Shown: positions 7,354 to 14,042 of the stretch, one piece after another | Numbering within the stretch: the first letter of the stretch is position 1 | Layout: the number at the start of each line of letters is the position of its first letter | Source of the DNA: a virus | Length of the DNA stretch: 64,000 bases | Reading direction: 5' to 3' (one strand) | Virus record (IMG/VR): IMGVR_UViG_3300027736_000034 | Span: 23,101 to 87,100 of that record | The notes under the pieces: generated by a model | The model's input: the letters and a program-made list of their open reading frames with translations, nothing else | Databases searched by the model: none | What the model was told of the DNA's origin: nothing | Position numbers and translations under genes: made by a program

Positions 7354-7518
7354 ATGAAACCAGGTAAAACTTTTAAACTATCTAAACGTAACAAGACAAT
7401 GACAGCATTGTTTAGTTTTGTTGATAAGGATCAACGTAGTGCATTTAAGAATATGATGATCCAAGCACAACTTGCAGGTGAAGTTAAGGTAGTTAGAGAC
7501 AAATCTGATCGTAAGTAA
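7354..7518 (+). CDS. Small basic hypothetical protein (54 aa, MKPGKTFKLSKR...)
   Basis: AAGGA RBS; not in the ORF track; fills the gap between two tRNAs. Confidence 0.65.
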   Translation: MKPGKTFKLSKRNKTMTALFSFVDKDQRSAFKNMMIQAQLAGEVKVVRDKSDRK

Positions 7519-7522
7519 TAGT

Positions 7523-7600
7523 GTGGGGATGGCAGAGCGGCCCAATGCAACAGTCTGCAAAACTGTAAATCCGCGAGTTCAAATCTCGCTCCCCACTCCA
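7523..7600 (+). tRNA. tRNA-Cys(GCA)
   Basis: GTGGGGA/TCCCCAC+TCCA; ACAGT-CTGCAAA-ACTGT. Confidence 0.9.
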
Positions 7601-7608
7601 AATAAAGG

Positions 7609-7637
7609 TTGACAACAAACCTAAAATGTTGTATAAT
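7609..7637 (+). promoter_or_regulatory. sigma70-type promoter
   Basis: TTGACA-17-TATAAT. Confidence 0.8.
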
Positions 7638-7752
7638 AGATTTTTTAAACGAAAGAGGTAATGACATGAAACGTGCTAAACGATAGTGTCATTCTTAAAC
7701 CCCATGTATTGGTTTAGGGATGGCACATTAAAGAAAATTTAATACTGCTTAT

Positions 7753-7826
7753 CCCTCATAAACATTAAGGTGATGTAACCGGCTCTTAACCGGTAAAACA
7801 CGGATCGTTACCGTGATGTGGGACCA
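7753..7826 (+). tRNA. tRNA-Lys(CTT), atypical D and T loops
   Basis: CCCTCAT/ATGTGGG+ACCA; ACCGG-CTCTTAA-CCGGT; T-loop ATCGTTA. Confidence 0.75.
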
Positions 7827-7832
7827 ATATAT

Positions 7833-7906
7833 GGGGCTATAATTCAAAGGTAGAATAGTCGGCTTTTAACCGATCTATCCGAGTTCGAATCTCGGTGGCC
7901 CTACCA
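7833..7906 (+). tRNA. tRNA-Lys(TTT)
   Basis: GGGGCTA/TGGCCCT+ACCA; GTCGG-CTTTTAA-CCGAT. Confidence 0.9.
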
Positions 7907-7983
7907 TATAAAAACATATTGTCTGCGTAAACCGTGGATCCGTAGTAGATAGTGTGTTTCTATATGGTAATAAATAAAGAATA

Positions 7984-8328
7984 ATGGAAGAAATGTATAT
8001 GATTGAAAATAGACGAGGACGGCTAAGATACTATCTTAGAGATGCTAAACTAAGGGCTAAGAAAAAATCATTACCCTTTGACTTAGATTTAAATTTTTTA
8101 GATTCTATCGCCACTGACAAATGCCCAATTTTTGGGACGCCATTTATTTTTGGAGAAGCAAATAAGTTGTCGCCTACTTCTCCGTCTTTAGATAGAATTA
8201 TTCCATCTAAGGGTTATGTTAAGGACAATGTTGTTTTTATTAGTCATAGGGCAAATACAATAAAGCATAATGTAGTTGGGCCGGATGACTTATATAAAGT
8301 AGCCGATTGGTTACGTAGTAAAATATAG
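7984..8328 (+). CDS. HNH-like phage endonuclease
   Basis: CPIFG...SPSLDRIIPSKGYVKDNVVFISHRANTIK. Confidence 0.65.
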   Translation: MEEMYMIENRRGRLRYYLRDAKLRAKKKSLPFDLDLNFLDSIATDKCPIFGTPFIFGEANKLSPTSPSLDRIIPSKGYVKDNVVFISHRANTIKHNVVGPDDLYKVADWLRSKI

Positions 8329-8334
8329 AATAAT

Positions 8335-8421
8335 GGAAGATAGGCTGCATGGCGCGGACACGGTCTTGAAAACCGTCCCACTGTTTACACGGTGACAGTT
8401 CGATTCTGTTATCTTCCTCCA
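8335..8421 (+). tRNA. tRNA-Ser(TGA)
   Basis: GGAAGAT/ATCTTCC+TCCA; ACGGT-CTTGAAA-ACCGT; long V-arm. Confidence 0.85.
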
Positions 8422-8426
8422 AGTTA

Positions 8427-8489
8427 AGGATCGGTTCAGCAAATAAATACATTCAACTTTTAATTGAAACCGTAAAAAACGATCCTGTT
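8427..8489 (+). ncRNA. Y-RNA-like CAGCAA-motif RNA, copy A (Lys anticodon stem-loop cargo)
   Basis: AGGATCG/CGATCCT+GTT stem, CAGCAA, internal TTCAA-CTTTTAA-TTGAA. Confidence 0.7.
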
Positions 8490-8509
8490 ATATCTAGTGT
8501 AAATAGACA

Positions 8510-9121
8510 ATGAATCATATTGACAAATTAAAAAGTAAACTTGACTCTGTTAAAACAACAGAAAGAATTTTACCCACCCATGAAATAGAACAAAAATATA
8601 TAGATAAAATATATGAATTGGATTTATCTTCTGAAATAGATTCAGATACAATTGTAAATTTAATTTATAAGTTCAAAGAACAATATCCAATATCAAATAC
8701 ATCAAATCTTTTTTCTTGGCATAGTAATTATGATACTCATAGAAAAACATCAGATTTTAACACATTGATAAATGTAATAGAGAATAAATTAAAGTTAATT
8801 GAGACTAATGATAGAGATGGAGCTGTAAATAAAGTTTTAGATAGTTGGGTGGCAATATATAATAAAACAGAATATGCACAATGGCATAGCCATTCAGATA
8901 ATAGTGGTAGTAGATGGTCAGTGGTTTATTATGCAAAAGCAGAAGAAAATTGTGCTCCTATAGTTTTTAAAGATTTAGAAATAGTGCCTAAAACAAATAT
9001 GTTATTAGTATTTCCTTCCCGAGCCTATCATATGGTAAGAAAATCACAATCTGATATAGAAAGAATAATCTTTGCAGCAAACCTAGATATAGTTTATATA
9101 AAAAATAAAATATCTCCCTAA
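8510..9121 (+). CDS. 2OG-Fe(II) oxygenase (TIGR02466-like)
   Basis: SWVAIY...WHSH...WSVVYY...LVFPSRAYHMV...RIIFAAN. Confidence 0.8.
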   Translation: MNHIDKLKSKLDSVKTTERILPTHEIEQKYIDKIYELDLSSEIDSDTIVNLIYKFKEQYPISNTSNLFSWHSNYDTHRKTSDFNTLINVIENKLKLIETNDRDGAVNKVLDSWVAIYNKTEYAQWHSHSDNSGSRWSVVYYAKAEENCAPIVFKDLEIVPKTNMLLVFPSRAYHMVRKSQSDIERIIFAANLDIVYIKNKISP

Positions 9122-9185
9122 TGTAATGGCAGCATACCGGTCTCCAAAACCGTTAGTCAAGGTTCGAGTCCTTGGGGGGATGCCA
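9112..9185 (+). tRNA. tRNA-Trp(CCA)
   Basis: ATCTCCC/GGGGGAT+GCCA; CCGGT-CTCCAAA-ACCGT; overlaps the last codons of the upstream gene. Confidence 0.88.
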
Positions 9186-9199
9186 ACTAAATAGAATGT

Positions 9200-9820
9200 A
9201 TGTTCTACTATCAAACCAATTTTGATTTTTCACTTGCTTCTAAACAATATATAAAAAATATATATAAGCATAAGTTTAATCAAAATTACTATCATGACCT
9301 TGAATCAGAAAAACTGATATCACCTATCAGCCCGCCGGGTAGAGAAATAGTTAAGTTTCTATCAAAATATAATCTTAATATTATCTATCAAGGGATAATA
9401 GCATTCACTAGTAATAGTGATACTTGGTTTGAAGGTAATCCGCATGTTGATATAATGCGAATTAATAATGAACAAGTTCCAATAAGAACAAGATTCAATG
9501 TAATGATCGAGGGTAATATTGATGATACTATGTATTGGTGGAAAGATATTAGTTGGGGAAGCGAGCAATTAGTACAAAATAAATTTACACTTAAATCAGG
9601 TAGTACTTATGATTCATATAGTATCCCTGGTAATAGTACAAAAGAAAGATGGGATTATATGGGTGAGCCATCTGATAAAAAAGAAAGACTATTAAGCCCA
9701 AGTGCATTTGTAAGAACAGATTGCACACATACAGTAAATGTTTCCTCTGGTCCAAGACTAATAATCTCTGTAGCTTTTGCTGAAACATTTGATGATATAG
9801 TTAGTAGATTAAATAATTAA
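9200..9820 (+). CDS. Hypothetical protein, possible oxygenase fold
   Basis: PHVD...HTV...RLIIS pattern. Confidence 0.55.
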   Translation: MFYYQTNFDFSLASKQYIKNIYKHKFNQNYYHDLESEKLISPISPPGREIVKFLSKYNLNIIYQGIIAFTSNSDTWFEGNPHVDIMRINNEQVPIRTRFNVMIEGNIDDTMYWWKDISWGSEQLVQNKFTLKSGSTYDSYSIPGNSTKERWDYMGEPSDKKERLLSPSAFVRTDCTHTVNVSSGPRLIISVAFAETFDDIVSRLNN

Positions 9821-9822
9821 CT

Positions 9823-9907
9823 GCCCTGGTGGCGAAATTGGTAGACGCACCAGATTTAGGTTCTGGCGCCGAAAGGCGTGTCGGTTCGAGTCCGACCTAG
9901 GGCACCA
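9823..9907 (+). tRNA. tRNA-Leu(TAG)
   Basis: GCCCTGG/CTAGGGC+ACCA; CCAGA-TTTAGGT-TCTGG; long V-arm. Confidence 0.92.
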
Positions 9908-9965
9908 CAAAAACTCGCCTTGACTGATGGCGTATAATGAGATAAGTAATCAGTCAATAAATTTC

Positions 9966-10039
9966 GGGGGATTGATGTAATGGTAGCCTGGGACCTTTGC
10001 AAGGTTTTCGCAACAGTTCGATTCTGTTATCCTCCACCA
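9966..10039 (+). tRNA. tRNA-Ala(TGC)
   Basis: GGGGGAT/ATCCTCC+ACCA with G3.U70; GGACC-TTTGCAA-GGTTT. Confidence 0.88.
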
Positions 10040-10044
10040 ACTTT

Positions 10045-10159
10045 AGGATACTAACAGCAACATTTAACATTCCAAACTTTGGGTTGTGGGTTCAAGTCCC
10101 ATCAGTAGCAATACTGTAGATCAATGGTAGATCAAAAGTCGTTAAAAATGTATCCTGTT
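10045..10159 (+). ncRNA. Y-RNA-like CAGCAA-motif RNA, copy B (circularly permuted tRNA domain, YrlA-like)
   Basis: AGGATAC/GTATCCT+GTT, CAGCAA; then T-arm GTGGG-TTCAAGT-CCCAT, CAGTA-GCAA-TACTG, D-arm GATC-AATGGTA-GATC, closed by ACTTT/AAAGT. Confidence 0.8.
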
Positions 10160-10165
10160 AAATAT

Positions 10166-10242
10166 GCGTGATTAGTTCAGCATGGAAGAACGCTACCCCG
10201 ACACGGTAGAGGTCAAAAGTTCAAATCTTTTATCACGCACCA
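10166..10242 (+). tRNA. tRNA-Val(GAC) with C33
   Basis: GCGTGAT/ATCACGC+ACCA; CTACC-CCGACAC-GGTAG. Confidence 0.85.
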
Positions 10243-10261
10243 TGAATACGATAAATAATTA

Positions 10262-10337
10262 CGCGGGAAGGGCCCGGTCACCGGCGAGGTCTCATAAGCC
10301 TTTGCAATCCTTGGTTCAAATCCAAGTCCCGCATCCA
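10262..10337 (+). tRNA. Initiator-like tRNA-fMet(CAT), divergent
   Basis: CGCGGGA/TCCCGCA (C1xA72)+TCCA; GAGGT-CTCATAA-GCCTT; irregular D-arm. Confidence 0.7.
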
Positions 10338-10352
10338 ATAACTAGTGTAAAT

Positions 10353-10589
10353 ATGAATCCATTAGATTTTAAAACCCAGCAAGTAGCAAACTCTATATTA
10401 GATTTATTGGAGTTAGCCTACACGCAAGATAAAAAAATCACATGGAGAACAATATTTACATTTTTACAATATCCTCCCGAATCATGGGAAGATGATGAAG
10501 ATATTGATGATGTAATTGAAATTAAATCAGAAAGTGATTTAGTTTTATTAAAAGCAATGGTTAGCAGTAAATTTGCAACCAAACATTAA
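10353..10589 (+). CDS. Hypothetical protein
   Basis: Start moved to the ATG after the tRNAs. Confidence 0.55.
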   Translation: MNPLDFKTQQVANSILDLLELAYTQDKKITWRTIFTFLQYPPESWEDDEDIDDVIEIKSESDLVLLKAMVSSKFATKH

Positions 10590-10826
10590 ATGATTGAATA
10601 CATAACTACATTTCTTGCCCTGTTCTTTACTGATGTGTTTTACACATATTATCTAAGAGCAATTCAAAATGATGAGGCATTAAAATCAAGTGTATGGGCA
10701 GTGGTAGTTTTTTTCATTGCAAGTATTGCAGTAATTAACTATACTAGTGATCATATGTTATTGATTCCAGCATGTCTTGGCGCTTTCTGCGGCACGTTTG
10801 TTGGAATGAAAATTAGAAAGAAATAA
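10590..10826 (+). CDS. Small membrane protein
   Basis: Three hydrophobic segments. Confidence 0.65.
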   Translation: MIEYITTFLALFFTDVFYTYYLRAIQNDEALKSSVWAVVVFFIASIAVINYTSDHMLLIPACLGAFCGTFVGMKIRKK

Positions 10827-10828
10827 TT

Positions 10829-10902
10829 CTCGGTATGGTGAAATGGTATCACTCTGCGTTTGGGACGCAGGAGCGGAAGTTCGATTCTTCCTACCGAGAC
10901 CA
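10829..10902 (+). tRNA. tRNA-Pro(TGG)
   Basis: CTCGGTA/TACCGAG+ACCA; CTGCG-TTTGGGA-CGCAG. Confidence 0.92.
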
Positions 10903-10918
10903 TTGAAAGGAAATTGTT

Positions 10919-11104
10919 ATGAGTAAAGGTAGTAGCCCAAGACCGTATAGTGTAAGTCAAAATGAATTTGGATCTAACTTTGATAAGATATTTCGTAAGC
11001 CCTCAAGAAAAGATATTGAGGATGCCCAAAATGAGCAAGAAGCATTTGACTATATAGTGAGAACATTGTATAATACTGAAGAAGGAGATAAACAATGCAA
11101 GTAA
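10919..11104 (+). CDS. Small hypothetical phage protein
   Basis: AAAGGA RBS; MSKGSSPRP N-terminus. Confidence 0.6.
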   Translation: MSKGSSPRPYSVSQNEFGSNFDKIFRKPSRKDIEDAQNEQEAFDYIVRTLYNTEEGDKQCK

Positions 11105-11364
11105 GAGCAAAACATATTTTAGTTCAATCATTGAACGAAGCGGTTACATTAAAAGAAAAGATTTCAATGGGTGAGGATTTTTCAGCCTTAGCAAAGATTC
11201 ACAGCAAGTGTCCTAGTGGACAGAATGGTGGAGATTTAGGAAGTTTTCAGCGTGGACAAATGGTAAAGCCTTTTGAAGATGTTGCGTTTGGTATTGATGT
11301 TGGTCAAATTAGTGGCCCGGTACAAACACAATTCGGCTATCATTTGATTCAACGTACTGCTTAA
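11095..11364 (+). CDS. ppiC: Parvulin-type peptidyl-prolyl isomerase
   Basis: HILV...F..LAKIHSKCPSG..GGDLG.F.RGQMVKPFE..AF...GPVQTQFGYHLI. Confidence 0.92.
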   Translation: MQVRAKHILVQSLNEAVTLKEKISMGEDFSALAKIHSKCPSGQNGGDLGSFQRGQMVKPFEDVAFGIDVGQISGPVQTQFGYHLIQRTA

Positions 11365-11888
11365 TGAATACGGTTATACCAATTGTTTCAGCAGAAAGAA
11401 ATTGTGATGGATGCACAGTTTGTTGTGACGGTTGGTTAGCAGGCAAAGCAAACGAACATTATTTTTATCCTGGACAAAAATGTCACTATGTTAGTGATAA
11501 AGGTTGTACTATCTATGAAAATAGACCGGAAATACCTTGCAAGACATTTAGTTGTGGTTGGCTATTAGATAAGGAAATTCCTGAATGGATGAAACCTTCT
11601 AGTATACAAGCAGTTATAATCTCAGCGAAAGATGGTTCGTTTAAAATCCAACATGAAACAGTATCCTTAAAGGTATTTTCTTGGCTCAAACGATTATATC
11701 GACAAGGGAAAATTAAAACGACCCAATCAGAAGAAGAATTTTTATTAGAAATAAATCAAGCTATTATTAAATACGGGAAATATTTAATGTTGCTAGATAT
11801 AGAAGAATTAAACAATGAGACTCCGAAAAATTTTGAAATAATGATTGATTCATTGCACAGATTAAGTATGAAAGATAAGCCTCGTTAA
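11364..11888 (+). CDS. Cys-cluster (YkgJ-like) protein
   Basis: CDGCTVCC...C...GCTIYENRP..C..F.C. Confidence 0.55.
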   Translation: MNTVIPIVSAERNCDGCTVCCDGWLAGKANEHYFYPGQKCHYVSDKGCTIYENRPEIPCKTFSCGWLLDKEIPEWMKPSSIQAVIISAKDGSFKIQHETVSLKVFSWLKRLYRQGKIKTTQSEEEFLLEINQAIIKYGKYLMLLDIEELNNETPKNFEIMIDSLHRLSMKDKPR

Positions 11889-11906
11889 CTCAGTGGTAGA
11901 GTGTCT
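11879..11906 (+). pseudogene. Orphan 5' half of tRNA-Val
   Basis: GCCTCGT-TA-ACTC-AGTGGTA-GAGT-G; acceptor strand complementary to ACGAGGT of the tRNA at 12471. Confidence 0.7.
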
Positions 11907-11948
11907 TTTTTGTTCAACTATGATAAATACTTGAGCAAGGAGATAATT

Positions 11949-12485
11949 ATGTACAACTGTAGTCAATGTGATAAAGAGTTTAGTAACCATAGAGCATTAA
12001 ATGCACACCAAATAGCGCATAAAGATAGAGCAAGTAGATATTCAATTGATAGAAAACAACCGGACTCTAAGTATAATACAATATTTAAATGTTTATGCTG
12101 TGAGAAAGAAATGAGATACAATCACGGAACAACAAATAAATTTTGTTCCATAGCATGTAATTCTAAATATCAATGGGAAAAGATATCAATTCCTAAAATT
12201 GAAAGCGGACAAGGTGGAAATTTAAAAAGGTATTTAAAAGAATTATTTGGGGATAAATGTTCTGAATGTGGACAAGAAGGTAATTGGAATAACAAGCCAC
12301 TTGTGTTACAATTAGATCATATAGACGGTGATAGTGATAATAACTACCCAAATAATGTAAGATTACTTTGTCCTAACTGCCACACTCAAACAGAGAATTT
12401 TGGTAGTAAAGGAAAAGGTAGTAGGTATAAGAAGGTAACTAAAAGAAATAGTTATTTAAGAGAATATAAGGCCTCGGTAGTTTAA
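11949..12485 (+). CDS. C2H2 zinc finger plus HNH homing endonuclease
   Basis: CSQCDKEF..HRALNAHQIAH; CSECG...LQLDHIDGD..NN...NVRLLCPNCH; AAGGAG RBS. Confidence 0.85.
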   Translation: MYNCSQCDKEFSNHRALNAHQIAHKDRASRYSIDRKQPDSKYNTIFKCLCCEKEMRYNHGTTNKFCSIACNSKYQWEKISIPKIESGQGGNLKRYLKELFGDKCSECGQEGNWNNKPLVLQLDHIDGDSDNNYPNNVRLLCPNCHTQTENFGSKGKGSRYKKVTKRNSYLREYKASVV

Positions 12486-12544
12486 TGGTAGAACGCCATC
12501 CTTACACGGTGGATACGGGAGTTCAATTCTCCAACGAGGTACCA
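12471..12544 (+). tRNA. tRNA-Val(TAC)
   Basis: GCCTCGG/ACGAGGT+ACCA; CCATC-CTTACAC-GGTGG; mismatches at 7:66 and 49:65. Confidence 0.85.
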
Positions 12545-12545
12545 A

Positions 12546-12689
12546 GAGACAGCGGATAAGTTACATTATCCAGTATGAGTCGCTAAGGTAGCTAGCTAAT
12601 CCTTAGGGCAGGTAATAGTACACGATTGTGATGTAACAGGTGAGTAGTGATCTACTTCACAGGGGATACCTCAAGAATGGCCTCCACCA
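12546..12689 (+). ncRNA. Unassigned structured RNA ending in CCACCA
   Basis: Hairpins GGATAA/TTATCC, CTAAGG/CCTTAG, GTGAGTAG/CTACTTCAC; possible GTTACAT/ATGTAAC pseudoknot. Confidence 0.45.
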
Positions 12690-12693
12690 ATAA

Positions 12694-12767
12694 GCGGGAT
12701 TAGTTAAATGGTAGAACGGGACCTTGCCAAGGTTCGGACAGGAGTTCGATTCTCCTATCCCGCTCCA
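12694..12767 (+). tRNA. tRNA-Gly(GCC)
   Basis: GCGGGAT/ATCCCGC+TCCA; GGACC-TTGCCAA-GGTTC. Confidence 0.92.
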
Positions 12768-12783
12768 AAGATAAAGTAAAAAT

Positions 12784-13320
12784 ATGGCCCATCAACAACA
12801 ATTCAACTATATACAAAAATTGAAATTAAAATACCCAACTCAATTCTTTAATAAAAAAGTATTAGAAGTTGGAAGTCTTAATATCAATGGATCAATAAGA
12901 ATGTTCTTTACTGAATGTGATTATTTGGGCATTGATGTTGGGCCCGGTAAAGATGTTGATTTAGTCTGTGAAGGTCAAAATTTAGATCATCCAAACGAAA
13001 CATACGATACTGTAGGTAGTTGTGAATGTTTTGAACATAATCCTCATTGGGTAGAGACATTTAATAATATGCATAGAATGACTAAGCCCAAAGGTTTAAT
13101 TTTTATGACTTGTGCCACTACAGGTAGACCAGAACATGGCACCACTCGTACTAGTCCACAAGATAGTCCATTGACCACAGGCATAGGATGGGAATATTAC
13201 AAAAACTTAACAGTAGAAGATTTTGTACAGAACATGGACCTTGACAACATGTTTTTAGCATATGAATTTGAAATAGGCGCCCCACATCAGGATTTGTACT
13301 TCTACGGCATCAAACGATAA
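12784..13320 (+). CDS. SAM-dependent methyltransferase
   Basis: VLEVGS...YLGIDV..G..VD...CECFEH..W...TKPKG. Confidence 0.8.
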   Translation: MAHQQQFNYIQKLKLKYPTQFFNKKVLEVGSLNINGSIRMFFTECDYLGIDVGPGKDVDLVCEGQNLDHPNETYDTVGSCECFEHNPHWVETFNNMHRMTKPKGLIFMTCATTGRPEHGTTRTSPQDSPLTTGIGWEYYKNLTVEDFVQNMDLDNMFLAYEFEIGAPHQDLYFYGIKR

Positions 13321-13750
13321 GTTTGCAATAGGCATTAACATCTAATTCACTAGTTTCCCACAATGAGGCAAGACTAAATCCTGCACTTTCATACGTGGGC
13401 CAACTAGACCTTTTGGGGTAACTCCAAATATAGTTAGCACCCTCATTTATTCCTTTATCAATAGTAGCAACTAATAGTATTTTTCCTATGCCTTGTTTTC
13501 TATATTCCGGAAATACAAACAATCCCCTAGATCGATAAGAATTGTCGTGGCACAAGTGACCACTATTGACACCTACTATTTTGTTATCTAATTTGTAACC
13601 AAAAAAGGTAGGAGTAGATATCATATTTTGCATATCATATCCCCCTAAAAAATTCATAGCACTATGAGTTTCTATGGTACTTTCTCTAGTGGGCCAAAGA
13701 TGAATATTCCAAATTTGGTAAATTTCTCCAAAGGTGATGTTAAGTATCAT
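13310..13750 (-). CDS. GNAT acetyltransferase
   Basis: RGLFVFPEYRKQGIG acetyl-CoA motif; start reassigned to 13750. Confidence 0.8.
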   Translation of the reverse strand: MILNITFGEIYQIWNIHLWPTRESTIETHSAMNFLGGYDMQNMISTPTFFGYKLDNKIVGVNSGHLCHDNSYRSRGLFVFPEYRKQGIGKILLVATIDKGINEGANYIWSYPKRSSWPTYESAGFSLASLWETSELDVNAYCKLIV

Positions 13751-13805
13751 TGATGTATTTAATATAGCTAAATATAAATGACATAAATATATAAGAGGTA
13801 ATATT

Positions 13806-14042
13806 ATGCAGTTTTTAGACAAAATTAAACAACGAATGAAATTATTAGTTGATAAATCAATCGCAAGTGAAGAAATACAAAAACAACGAATAGAGATGTG
13901 TAATTCATGCGAACACCTGTTACATTTTACTAGACAATGTAAGAAATGTGGATGTGCAGTGGATGCCAAAACAAAATTATCAAGCAGCAGCTGTCCAGTA
14001 AACAAATGGCAGGTAGTTATATTCCCTAGTAGGATTGAGTAA
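13806..14042 (+). CDS. Small Cys-rich protein
   Basis: R..MCNSCEH...CKKCGC....K......CPVNKW. Confidence 0.7.
   Translation: MQFLDKIKQRMKLLVDKSIASEEIQKQRIEMCNSCEHLLHFTRQCKKCGCAVDAKTKLSSSSCPVNKWQVVIFPSRIE

Noticed and set aside
10182-10352. N-terminal extension of the 135-aa ORF
   Set aside because: It runs through tRNA-Val and tRNA-fMet; the likely start is 10353.
11907-12470. Group I intron in tRNA-Val
   Set aside because: Almost all of the interval is HNH coding sequence with no recognisable intron core, and a complete tRNA exists downstream.
12546-12689. tmRNA
   Set aside because: It ends in CCACCA but lacks the T-arm, a matching GGGG 5' strand and a tag ORF, and it is too short.
623-12690. 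HDV-like, hammerhead or twister ribozymes after tRNA 3' ends
   Set aside because: I could not fit their conserved cores by eye to any spacer. A motif search is needed to exclude them fully.
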